In this document: in pieces, positions 49,976 through 58,346 of the stretch
How the letters are laid out: every line of letters begins with the position of its first letter
Position numbering within the stretch: position 1 is the stretch's first letter
Assembly: GCA_964596185.1 (NCBI GenBank)
Contig: CAZQUE010000020.1
Location: forward strand, 1-58,346
Length of the DNA stretch: 58,346 nt
From: an uncultured bacterium
GTDB lineage: Bacteria > Muiribacteriota > Ozemobacteria > Ozemobacterales > Ozemobacteraceae
Reading direction: 5' to 3'
The notes under the pieces: generated by a model
What the model saw: only the letters and a program-made list of their open reading frames with translations
Database searches by the model: none
Told to the model about the DNA's origin: nothing
Program-made: the position numbers and the translations under genes

Positions 49976-50860
49976 GTGAACAGGAAACTAATAAACAATC
50001 ACTATCAGACATTTGAGGATATAAAACAAACCAACGGCCAGGGTGAAGAATTCTGGCTGGCAAGGCCACTGGCAAGGATTCTTGAATACTCTGATTTTCG
50101 AAATTTCCTTCTCGTTATCGAAAAAGCACAGCAGGCGTGCAAAAACAGTGGCCAGGCGGTTAAGAACCATTTCGTTGAAATCACCGAAATGGTCAATCTC
50201 GGTTCAGGAGCTGAACGCGAAGTTAAATCTTTTGCATTGTCGCGCTATGCCTGTTATCTGATCGTTCAGAACGGCGACCCGACCAAGCCGGTCATTGCTA
50301 ACGGGCAGACATATTTTGCCATTCAGACCCGCCGCCAGGAGCTCGCCGACAACGAAGCTTTTCAGCGCCTCAAAGAAGATGAAAAGCGGCTTTTTCTGCG
50401 TAATGAAATGCGCGAGCATAACAAGCAGCTGGTTGAAGCCGCTCAGCAGGCCGGCGTAAAAAGCAATCTCGATTTTGCCGTCTTTCAGAATCATGGTTAT
50501 AAAGGGCTTTACGGCGGCCTCGATGCCAAAGGCATTCATGCCAGAAAAGGGTTGAAAAAGAGTCAGAGCATTCTCGACAACATGGGCAGCACCGAACTTG
50601 CCGCCAATCTTTTCCGCGCCACGCAGACCGAAGAAAAACTGCGCCGTGAAAACGTTCAAGGCAAATTGCAGGCCAACCAGACCCACTATGCAGTCGGCAA
50701 AAAGGTTCGCCAGACCATCGAAGAATTAGGTGGCACCATGCCCGAAGACCTGCCAACCCCCGAAGAAGACCTGAAAAAACTCGAACGCCGCACCAGATCT
50801 TCAGATAAAAAGCTGACCAGTTCTGGAAATGCCCCAGAAACCCCGGAGAATGAAGAATGA
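49976..50860 (+). CDS. DinD-like (DNA-damage-inducible protein D family) protein inserted in the hsd operon
   Basis: GGGAGG RBS and GTG start. N-terminal TFEDIKQTNGQGEEFWLARPLARILEYSDFRNF...KAQQACKNSG matches my recollection of the E. coli DinD N-terminus. This family is commonly found between hsdM and hsdS. Confidence 0.5.
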   Translation: MNRKLINNHYQTFEDIKQTNGQGEEFWLARPLARILEYSDFRNFLLVIEKAQQACKNSGQAVKNHFVEITEMVNLGSGAEREVKSFALSRYACYLIVQNGDPTKPVIANGQTYFAIQTRRQELADNEAFQRLKEDEKRLFLRNEMREHNKQLVEAAQQAGVKSNLDFAVFQNHGYKGLYGGLDAKGIHARKGLKKSQSILDNMGSTELAANLFRATQTEEKLRRENVQGKLQANQTHYAVGKKVRQTIEELGGTMPEDLPTPEEDLKKLERRTRSSDKKLTSSGNAPETPENEE

Positions 50861-52020
50861 AAGAAAGTCTTCAGAATTTAAAAACAGTGCTAGGAAAAAT
50901 TGCAGAAATTTCTTCTGGAGGGACACCAGCAAGGGGTGTTCCTGAGTATTGGAATGGCAACATTCCATGGGTTAAAACTACTCAAATTCAAAATTGCCAA
51001 ATTTTTCTGGAGAGCGTTGATGAGTGGATTACTCAGAACGGTTTGAAGAATTCATCGGCAAAAATAATACCAGCAGGCACAATTCTTATGGCTATGTATG
51101 GCCAGGGAAAAACCAGAGGCCAAGTAGGTATACTGGCTTTTGATGCTGCTATAAACCAAGCTTGTGCCGCAATAGAGTTAAAGGGCAATGTTGATCGAGA
51201 TTTTATTTTTCAATCATTATTAGCAAATTATAAAAAAATACGAGCTATAAGCAATGTTGGTGGGCAAGAAAATTTGAGTGCAGGCTTGATAAAAGAGATT
51301 CCGATCTATCTTCCAAAACTTACAGAACAAAAAGCCATTGCCGATCTCCTTTCAACCTGGGACAAAGCCATCGAAAAAACCGAACGCCTGATCCAGGCAA
51401 AAGAAAAGCGTTTTAAGTGGTTGTTACGAGAGTTGATTTTCGAAGCTCAGAAGGTCCAGAAAAACACAGAATGGAAAAAGTTGAAATTGGGGGAAATTTG
51501 TAAGTTATATCAACCCCAAACTATCTCCAAAGAGGATATGTGCCAAACAGGGCCCTTCAAAGTGTTTGGAGCCAATGGCGTAATTGGTTTTTATGAAAAG
51601 TATAATCATGAAGAACCAGAAATTGCTATTACCTGCCGAGGAGCAACATGCGGAACTATAAATATAACAGAACCTAAAAGTTGGATTACAGGAAACGCGA
51701 TGATTGCCCAACCAAATGAAAAGAAAATGCTGAAGAATTTTCTTTATTACTCACTTTTGGTTGCCAATATGAAATCAGTAATCTCTGGTGCTGCACAACC
51801 GCAGATAACGAGGCAAGATTTAGCCCCTTTAAATGTCTTGGTTCCTCCTTTGGAGAGCCAAAAACAAATTGCTGAAACATTGTCTTTTTCTCAAAATGAA
51901 ATCGATCTGCTGAAACAGCTGGCAGAAAAATACAAAACACAAAAGCGCGGGCTAATGCAAAAGCTACTAACCGGCCAATGGCGGCTTAAGTCCGAAATTA
52001 TTAATAGATTCAAGGAGTAG
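50857..52020 (+). CDS. hsdS: type I restriction-modification specificity subunit (full length, two TRDs), low-GC
   Basis: Two TRDs. Each is followed by a conserved block (IPIYLPKLTEQKAIADLL and NVLVPPLESQKQIAETL). ATGA overlap with the dinD-like stop. ~38% GC versus ~50% for hsdM. Confidence 0.8.
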   Translation: MKESLQNLKTVLGKIAEISSGGTPARGVPEYWNGNIPWVKTTQIQNCQIFLESVDEWITQNGLKNSSAKIIPAGTILMAMYGQGKTRGQVGILAFDAAINQACAAIELKGNVDRDFIFQSLLANYKKIRAISNVGGQENLSAGLIKEIPIYLPKLTEQKAIADLLSTWDKAIEKTERLIQAKEKRFKWLLRELIFEAQKVQKNTEWKKLKLGEICKLYQPQTISKEDMCQTGPFKVFGANGVIGFYEKYNHEEPEIAITCRGATCGTINITEPKSWITGNAMIAQPNEKKMLKNFLYYSLLVANMKSVISGAAQPQITRQDLAPLNVLVPPLESQKQIAETLSFSQNEIDLLKQLAEKYKTQKRGLMQKLLTGQWRLKSEIINRFKE

Positions 52021-52117
52021 TTGTTTGGCAAAAGATGCTCTGATTATGGCCAGTTTTTTCATCAATGGTAATAGATTATAGTTTAATCCTTAAGATAACG
52101 AAATTGAAGAGGGCAAA

Positions 52118-55100
52118 ATGAAAATAAAAAATGGATCATCTGATACAAAACTTCTTGCAAGCGGTGGTGGAGATGGAACAGCAATAGGGGTTAAGTTTCA
52201 GTCTGAGATTGGTGCAGTATTTCTTACCAATCTTTTGGCAGAAGTTTCTTTGGATAGAAGATTATTTTTGAAAGAAACTAAAGCGCTGATTCTACGCTTT
52301 GAAACTGAAGCTCCAATAGATGATATTCTTGTAGAGACCGATGAAGGTGGCTTTATTGCAATTCAAGCTAAGGCAAATTTGAACTCTTCAAAAAATATTG
52401 ACAGTGAGTTTGGAAAAACTATTAAGCAAATTGCCCGACATTACTTTGCTTGCAAACAAGACACTAATGTATATGGTTGGGATCGAACAAATGATTTAAA
52501 TAAAGACAGATTTCTTATTGCTGTTGGTGAAAAAACCTCGGGGATGATTCGGCATCATTTGCGCGAGGGTTTAAATGCCAGGAGGCAAACTCTAATTGGC
52601 GAAAAAGCGAAATTTACCAAAAAACAAAAAGAAGCTTTAAGTAATTTTGATTGCTGTTTAAAAAAAGCGTGGGAGTCAATTACTTCAGATCCTTTCAATG
52701 ATCAAGTTAAAAAGGAAATTTCTTGCCTTACTGTAATAATTTCTTATGACATTGAGGGTAGTGAGAGAGCAGCCTTAATTCAGCTACTGAAACCGTTAAT
52801 TTTAGATAGAACAAAGCCGGAGATTGTTCTGGAACTTTTGGCTGGTTTTTCCATTGATATGATGGCAGCAAGGTCTAGTATAAACAATCAGTTTTTAAGG
52901 AGATTTCTTTCTCAAAAAGGCATTTCTGTAGATGCTTTAGAAAAATTTAGAGAAGACATTAAATCTCTAAAAAAATATTCAGATAAAGTGCAGCATATTC
53001 TTTCAAGATATGAATCAATCGAAAATACCGAGAATGAAATGGTAAAAATTTCAAGGACTTGTCAGAAGAATTTGATTGAATCGATTCTTAACGGTTCATT
53101 GCTCATTATTGGTGAGCCTGGTTCTGGCAAGAGTGCGGCAATAAATGTAGCTAGTCGAGAGCTTAAAGAGCTGGGGCACGATGTTGTTGAGCTTGCTGTT
53201 GATCAACTTCCAGTAAATTCTTTAGAAGGGTTGGCATATGAATTAGCTATAGACAATTCATTTGTTGAAGTGCTTAACAATTGGGAAGGTGAGAAACCAG
53301 GTTTTGTGATGATAGATGCTCTTGATGCTACTAGGGGTGGATCTAATGAAGCTGTTTTTCGAACCTTGATTTCAAATGTGATTTTATCTAATTCTCGCTG
53401 GCGTATTGTTGCGTCAATACGAGTTTTTGACTTAAAACTTGGACAGCAATTTCAAAGCTTATTCAAAGGGGAACCTCCAGATAAATTATTGCAAGATCCT
53501 TTATTCCCAAGAGTTCGCCATGTAAAAATTCCTATTTGGCAAAAGGAAGAGATGCAGGAATTACTTGCAAAGTTTCCTGCCCTTAAGCTGGCCTTAGAAA
53601 ATGTACCCGAAAGGGTTCGAGAGCTGGCAACAGTGCCTTTTAATACTAAATTATTTGCCGATCTGCTTTCAAGCGGAATAGAGTCAGATGAGTTTGTTAA
53701 GATTTATACTCAAGCGGAGTTATTGCAACTTTATTGGAATTGTAAAATTTCTTCCTTGGGCGAAGCTGGGAATGTACAGCTTCGAAAAATTGTTTCAGTT
53801 ATGGTGAATGAAAGAACCTTGAGGGTTTCAAAGCAAAAAGTGATTGATCATGATCCATCAATTTTACAAGCCTTGTTCCAAAAAGGTGTACTAGCTTCAA
53901 TTGGAAATGATAGATATTTAAGTTTCAGACACCACATTCTTTTTGATTTTGTTGCGAGCAAGGTTTATCTGGATTTAGATGATATTAAATCTGGAAAAGC
54001 TATTTTTTACAAAAAAGATGCTTTAGGCTTAATGTTAGGGCCAGCTTTTTCATTCCTTTTGGAAGAACTTTGGTTGTTAGATGATTCTCGCGATGATTTT
54101 TGGAAAGCGGCGTTTTTTATTCTTGGGCAAGATCTTTATGATCCTGTAATAAAAAGTTTGATTTCTAGATTGGCTTCCGAGTTATCACAAAACTATTCAG
54201 ATTTAGAATTCTTGGCAAAATCTATTAAAGAGGGGAATGAAAAATCTAAGGAAGTATTAAAGCAGATAATTGGTTCCCTTATAGTGAAGCTCGAAGATCA
54301 ACAAGCAAATAGCGTGTCGCATTGGACAAAATTTTTAGCCAACATTGTAGAAGCGACCGATTTTGTTTTTTGGGAAATGAAAAATCTGTCATATCTATTA
54401 ATTGATAGGGTAAATTGCCAAAAAGATCTTGAAAATATTGGAATTGCAGCTCGGGCCCTTTTAAATTTTTCCTTTTCAAAAAATCAAATGATTCCAGAGT
54501 TAATAGCATCTTCAATAGAACTCGTAGCCAAAACTTATTCTACAGACGAAAGGGCATCTAGAAGACTTTTAGAAAAAATTTTTGCAGAAAGTAGATTTCA
54601 AGAATTTGGACCGATTGAAGTGCCTGCTTTAACTGAAAATATAAGTTCTGTGGCTAAAACGGATATCGATTTTGTAGTTGAAATTTTTAGAAACGTTTTT
54701 CGATTAGAAATACAAAATGATAAACCAACTCCTATGGGGAGCAGCCAAATTTTGCCCCTGGTTTCAAATACTCGACAGGATTTTGAGATGGCTCGTTATT
54801 CTCTTGAGGTTTTTTTTCCATCTTTTTTAGAATCTTACCCGGAAGAAGCGACTAAAGCATTAATTCACTCAATTGAGGGCTTTTTTTTGCGGAAGCATAG
54901 TGAGTTAAATGGTGGAAAGACGGTCGGGATTAAAACACCAAGTGGAAATGTTACATTAAAAGAAGATATGAGCTGCTATTGGGCACCAGATCCATATGAT
55001 AATTATAATATGGATGCTATGACTCTATTAAAAGAGTTTACAGATAAATTGGAAACATTGCCGGCAAATAAGTGTATGCAAATTGTACAGATGGTAATTT

Positions 55101-57010
55101 CTTCAAATAAGTTAGCAATAGTTTGGGCAAGATTATTAATGGCCGCTGTAAAAAGGACTGAGATTTTGGGTGACCTTTTATTTCCTATTGCTTGCTCAGA
55201 ACCATTTTTGGTTTCGCCTGATACAAGAAAAGATTCAATTGATCTTTTGGCAAAGCTTTATTCAAAAAAAACTGTAGAAGAAAAAGAGGCTTTTGAAAAT
55301 AAGGTATTAAAGTTTGATTTTTCAAGATTTGAATCCCCAGATCAGGCCAAAGAAAGGTTTTTACTGACCATATTTAATGCAATTGGCACGAAATTACTTG
55401 TGACAGACAGCGCAAAATCATTTCTCGACAAAACTGAAGTAAGAGAAATTCAGAATGAAAGGCCTGTAAGAGTTGGTTCTGGTTGGGTTGAAAAAGAAGA
55501 AAAATATTGGTGGTTGAGGGAGTGTGGAGTAGAGGTAGATTCTTCCGAAAATAAAAATTTGATCGCCGCTGTTGAAATGGCTCAACAAAAAATTGAAATC
55601 TCCGACGGCCAAGGAGAATTTGAAATTGGGTTTAAGGAAAAAATTAAAAGGCTGGAAGGGTTATTTTTTGAAATTGAAAAAAGTTTTGAAAAAAAATTAA
55701 ATGAAAAGCTCATTTTGTTCGCCGAAGGGGTATTAGGGGAAGAAATTGAAAAACTGTCTGCCAGCAAGGAATTATTTGATTTTTCACACCGGGTTTCTGC
55801 TTTAAAAGTTACAGATTGGGTCGTCCGGCTTTCTGAATCAAAATCCCCCCAAACAGAAGAGCATACAGAGGAAAAATTTGAGACCAACCCCTCATGGAGT
55901 TCTCCAGCAACTAGGATTAGTGTTGCTAAATCAGCTTTTAACCTTTGCTTGATTGAAAACGAAATTTTCCAAAAATTAAAACCAGTAATTGAAAATACCT
56001 TAGTGGATTCACATCCAGCAGTAAGAATGAGCGCTGCAATTTCATTAGGGATTTTGGGGAGACTGGATTTAAAATGGATATGGGAATTAGGCGAAAAATT
56101 TATTTACCGAGAAAAAAATCAGGCAGTATTAAAATTTTTTGTAAACTCCTTCTTAAATCAGTTCCTACACCATGATCCCGAAAAAGTTGAGCTTCTAACT
56201 TTAAAATTGCTAGATAAAATAACTAAATCTGATGACAAGCTTAATCGTGGAACCATGGAAGCACTTGGGAGATTGATTACATTGCTTTGGGCCTCGCATG
56301 GCCGAGAAAAGTCGAAGGAAGTGCTTCTTGATTGGAATAAAAACTTTTTTGATTTTTTTGATGGCCTCTCGTATTCAATTTTCACCTTAAGAGATGGTTT
56401 GGTCCTAGGATATGAAGATGAAAATTCAGAAGATGCACTTGTTAGGGCTCGGTGCTTTGAAATTCAACTTCTATTAACTAAGAATTGTATTGGCATACTA
56501 AAAAAGCTATTACAGGAATCAAAGCAAGTATCTAATATTCAAAATTGCTATAAATTCATTGATGGGTCTTTGATGCAGGTATTTTTTGCTTCAGGAGCCT
56601 TTAATAGTAATAAAGACCAAAAGGATGGGCTTTCATCAATCTCTGCAAAAAAGAAGTTTCTTGATGATGTAGAAGTTTTTTTAAAAGATGTGGGGGCTGT
56701 TGGTTCTCCTCGCACAATCTACCACCTTCTTCAACTTTTAGAATTCTTGTTACCAGCAAACCCTTCAAAAGTGTTTGAAATAATGAGTGCTTCCATTTTG
56801 TTAGGTGGGCGCGAGCGTGGTTTTCAATTCGAGTCTTTAGGTGCAAACTTAACCGTTAAAATAGTTGGCATATTTCTAGCAGACCATCGAGAGATTTTTG
56901 AAGAAAAAGGCAATAGAGAAAAACTTGTTGAATGTTTAGAGCTATTCCAATCGGCGGGCTGGCCATCATCTCGGCGATTGCTTTACCGCCTTCCGGAGTT
57001 GTTGCAATGA
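52118..57010 (+). CDS. giant NTPase: Mrr-like PD-(D/E)xK N-domain + P-loop (STAND/NACHT-like) NTPase + long HEAT/ARM-like helical repeat region (candidate antiviral STAND-like protein)
   Basis: 1630 aa. GAGGG RBS. N-terminus has G..FQ....a.LL ... D-ILVETDEGGFIAIQAK, i.e. the Mrr_cat-like order G.FE / D / (E/Q)xK. Walker A LLIIGEPGSGKSAA (about aa 330) and Walker B GFVMIDALDATRG. The C-terminal ~1000 aa is all-helical with HEAT-like signatures (DSHPAVRMSAAISLGILG). Very low GC. Confidence 0.55.
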   Translation: MKIKNGSSDTKLLASGGGDGTAIGVKFQSEIGAVFLTNLLAEVSLDRRLFLKETKALILRFETEAPIDDILVETDEGGFIAIQAKANLNSSKNIDSEFGKTIKQIARHYFACKQDTNVYGWDRTNDLNKDRFLIAVGEKTSGMIRHHLREGLNARRQTLIGEKAKFTKKQKEALSNFDCCLKKAWESITSDPFNDQVKKEISCLTVIISYDIEGSERAALIQLLKPLILDRTKPEIVLELLAGFSIDMMAARSSINNQFLRRFLSQKGISVDALEKFREDIKSLKKYSDKVQHILSRYESIENTENEMVKISRTCQKNLIESILNGSLLIIGEPGSGKSAAINVASRELKELGHDVVELAVDQLPVNSLEGLAYELAIDNSFVEVLNNWEGEKPGFVMIDALDATRGGSNEAVFRTLISNVILSNSRWRIVASIRVFDLKLGQQFQSLFKGEPPDKLLQDPLFPRVRHVKIPIWQKEEMQELLAKFPALKLALENVPERVRELATVPFNTKLFADLLSSGIESDEFVKIYTQAELLQLYWNCKISSLGEAGNVQLRKIVSVMVNERTLRVSKQKVIDHDPSILQALFQKGVLASIGNDRYLSFRHHILFDFVASKVYLDLDDIKSGKAIFYKKDALGLMLGPAFSFLLEELWLLDDSRDDFWKAAFFILGQDLYDPVIKSLISRLASELSQNYSDLEFLAKSIKEGNEKSKEVLKQIIGSLIVKLEDQQANSVSHWTKFLANIVEATDFVFWEMKNLSYLLIDRVNCQKDLENIGIAARALLNFSFSKNQMIPELIASSIELVAKTYSTDERASRRLLEKIFAESRFQEFGPIEVPALTENISSVAKTDIDFVVEIFRNVFRLEIQNDKPTPMGSSQILPLVSNTRQDFEMARYSLEVFFPSFLESYPEEATKALIHSIEGFFLRKHSELNGGKTVGIKTPSGNVTLKEDMSCYWAPDPYDNYNMDAMTLLKEFTDKLETLPANKCMQIVQMVISSNKLAIVWARLLMAAVKRTEILGDLLFPIACSEPFLVSPDTRKDSIDLLAKLYSKKTVEEKEAFENKVLKFDFSRFESPDQAKERFLLTIFNAIGTKLLVTDSAKSFLDKTEVREIQNERPVRVGSGWVEKEEKYWWLRECGVEVDSSENKNLIAAVEMAQQKIEISDGQGEFEIGFKEKIKRLEGLFFEIEKSFEKKLNEKLILFAEGVLGEEIEKLSASKELFDFSHRVSALKVTDWVVRLSESKSPQTEEHTEEKFETNPSWSSPATRISVAKSAFNLCLIENEIFQKLKPVIENTLVDSHPAVRMSAAISLGILGRLDLKWIWELGEKFIYREKNQAVLKFFVNSFLNQFLHHDPEKVELLTLKLLDKITKSDDKLNRGTMEALGRLITLLWASHGREKSKEVLLDWNKNFFDFFDGLSYSIFTLRDGLVLGYEDENSEDALVRARCFEIQLLLTKNCIGILKKLLQESKQVSNIQNCYKFIDGSLMQVFFASGAFNSNKDQKDGLSSISAKKKFLDDVEVFLKDVGAVGSPRTIYHLLQLLEFLLPANPSKVFEIMSASILLGGRERGFQFESLGANLTVKIVGIFLADHREIFEEKGNREKLVECLELFQSAGWPSSRRLLYRLPELLQ

Positions 57011-58346
57011 GCGATTCCGGAGAGAAATATCGATTTAAAGAAAAATTACATGAGACAATTTCTAGATTTGCTACCAATGAAAAAAAACGAAATAGGACTT
57101 TTTCTGGGGCTGAGGCGAAAGAGCCTTTAGAACACACTACTAGAATTTATTTGTTGGATGAAATTGTAAAAGCTCTAGGATGGAACCTTTCTCTGGGTGG
57201 TGACATTCTTGAAGAGGCTCGAATTAAAGATGATACAACTAACTATGTTGATTATCTTGGCATTGATCCTGATAAAGGCATTCCCTTAATGATTATTGAG
57301 GCTAAAGCATGGAATCGGCCATTTATTCGCGGAAAGACCGGGAATTCTCCGTCTAGCCCAGATGAGCTTTTGTTTAAGGCTATAGAGCATATCAAGGCAG
57401 AAGGTAAAGAAAATGAATCTCCTGTGATTAAAGACTGGCATGATTGGTTGGTTCAAGTTAGAGGGTATGTTTGCGATTTGTACAATAACTTTAATCATTC
57501 CGTCGCTAAATTAGTTTTAACATCAGGAAAATGGCTGGTAATTTTTCGAAAACCATTAGAAACATTTGGTGGTAGAGCTCCTTTGGAAAAGAGTGATTGG
57601 GTAATTCTTCAATTAGATGATTTTGTAAGAAGATCAGATGAAATTTTTGCTGAAATAGCGAGAAAAAACCTTGTTGAATCTATTCCTGCTAGGATTTGGG
57701 AAAGTCAAGTCAGAGCTTTTTTCTGTATTGAGGATTTGCAGGGAGTTTATAATACAGTTTTAGTAAAATACGAGAAATCTGGTCATTGTGATGTTGAAAT
57801 TTTTCCAAGAATACTTTTATATCCGGCAGTTACATTGGTTAGAAGAGATCGCAAATCTACTACTGTTATAAATAAAGAATATCTAATCCTTCCATTCTCA
57901 GATAACCCTCGGGAGCTGTTAAGTCATTTTGATGAATTTGCCAAAATCTCACAGAGATTGTTGGATAAGATTTCAGATGAATTGAGAAGAGAGTTAAAGC
58001 CTTCAGGGTTAGCTTCTTATCCTTTTGACAATTTCGTTCAAATGTGCGACTTTGGCGTTGGCTCTGGAAGCGTAATTACAGGTGAATTAACACATTTTCT
58101 TTTGAAAGCCCCCCCCCTAAAATGCAAATACCATTGTTGGAAAAACTGCAGAAATGATGGCGTTGAAATAAATCAAAACTCAATTGAAAGACGGTCAATA
58201 GAACCAAGATCCTATTTTAAGAGTGGTGAAATCTATCATTGTGCAAATTTAAATATGCATAACAAAAGAAAAAGTCGCTGCAAAATTGGCCCAATAGATG
58301 AATATCTTTGTTGTAAAGCCTGTGTGCTTTTCCAGATTTGTTGGCC
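57007..58346 (+). CDS. HsdR-N-terminal-like PD-(D/E)xK nuclease-domain protein with Cys-rich (zinc-finger-like) region; 3'-partial (runs off window)
   Basis: ATGA-coupled to the upstream giant gene. Absent from the ORF track because no stop occurs in the window. Motif VDYLGIDPDKGIPLMIIEAKAW matches the nuclease core of type I R-subunit N-domains / HSDR_N_2. No helicase Walker A in the 446 visible aa. C-terminal Cys cluster C.YHCWKNC...YHCANLNMHNKRKSRCK..CCKAC. Confidence 0.5.
   Translation, partial: MSDSGEKYRFKEKLHETISRFATNEKKRNRTFSGAEAKEPLEHTTRIYLLDEIVKALGWNLSLGGDILEEARIKDDTTNYVDYLGIDPDKGIPLMIIEAKAWNRPFIRGKTGNSPSSPDELLFKAIEHIKAEGKENESPVIKDWHDWLVQVRGYVCDLYNNFNHSVAKLVLTSGKWLVIFRKPLETFGGRAPLEKSDWVILQLDDFVRRSDEIFAEIARKNLVESIPARIWESQVRAFFCIEDLQGVYNTVLVKYEKSGHCDVEIFPRILLYPAVTLVRRDRKSTTVINKEYLILPFSDNPRELLSHFDEFAKISQRLLDKISDELRRELKPSGLASYPFDNFVQMCDFGVGSGSVITGELTHFLLKAPPLKCKYHCWKNCRNDGVEINQNSIERRSIEPRSYFKSGEIYHCANLNMHNKRKSRCKIGPIDEYLCCKACVLFQICW

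Noticed and set aside
57007-58346. Could the last ORF simply be hsdR?
   Set aside because: The N-terminal nuclease core resembles HsdR-N, but the ~200 aa following it carry no DEAD/helicase Walker A. They end in a Cys-rich cluster instead, which is not the canonical HsdR layout. The question stays open because the gene is truncated by the window.
1-58346. CRISPR arrays, tRNA/rRNA genes, IS elements/transposases, integrases
   Set aside because: I found no regularly spaced direct repeats, no cloverleaf-like tRNA candidates in the intergenic regions, and no ORF with DDE or tyrosine-recombinase motifs. The island border therefore lacks an obvious mobility gene inside the window.

Overview
The window is 58.3 kb of a bacterial chromosome in two distinct parts. 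Guessing the lineage as Desulfuromonadota-like is speculation only.

Part 1, about 1-41.5 kb, is compact and roughly 50-58% GC by eye. It looks like ordinary chromosome, with these recognisable genes:
- a response-regulator::PEP-utilizing-enzyme fusion;
- a rhodanese;
- a D-ornithine 4,5-aminomutase cluster (oraS, oraE, a MutL/GlmL-like reactivase, and two alanine-racemase-fold proteins);
- an MBL/beta-CASP hydrolase convergent with a bacterial major-vault-protein-repeat protein;
- an ABC-F ATPase, a RluA-family pseudouridine synthase, and a zwf-pgl operon;
- a 2000-aa alpha-2-macroglobulin with a CxEQ thioester, several secreted TPR/FN3/lipoproteins, an L,D-transpeptidase, and a stand-alone EF-G paralog.

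Part 2, about 41.5 kb to the window end, is a lower-GC, AT-rich mosaic that looks like a horizontally acquired defence island. It contains:
- a 1964-aa protein with transglutaminase-like, DUF4011, SF1 helicase, DUF3320 and DUF559/REase domains;
- a type I R-M locus with a half-size hsdS, hsdM, a dinD-like insert and a full hsdS, but no hsdR in view;
- directly downstream, a 1630-aa protein with an Mrr-like PD-(D/E)xK N-terminus, a P-loop (STAND-like) NTPase and a long HEAT/ARM-like helical tail;
- a translationally coupled PD-(D/E)xK (HsdR-N-like) plus Cys-rich protein that runs off the window end.
This last gene pair is the best candidate for an undescribed, Avs-like defence module.

I saw no rRNA, tRNA, CRISPR array or IS element. 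All domain calls come from reading motifs in the supplied translations. No database search was run.
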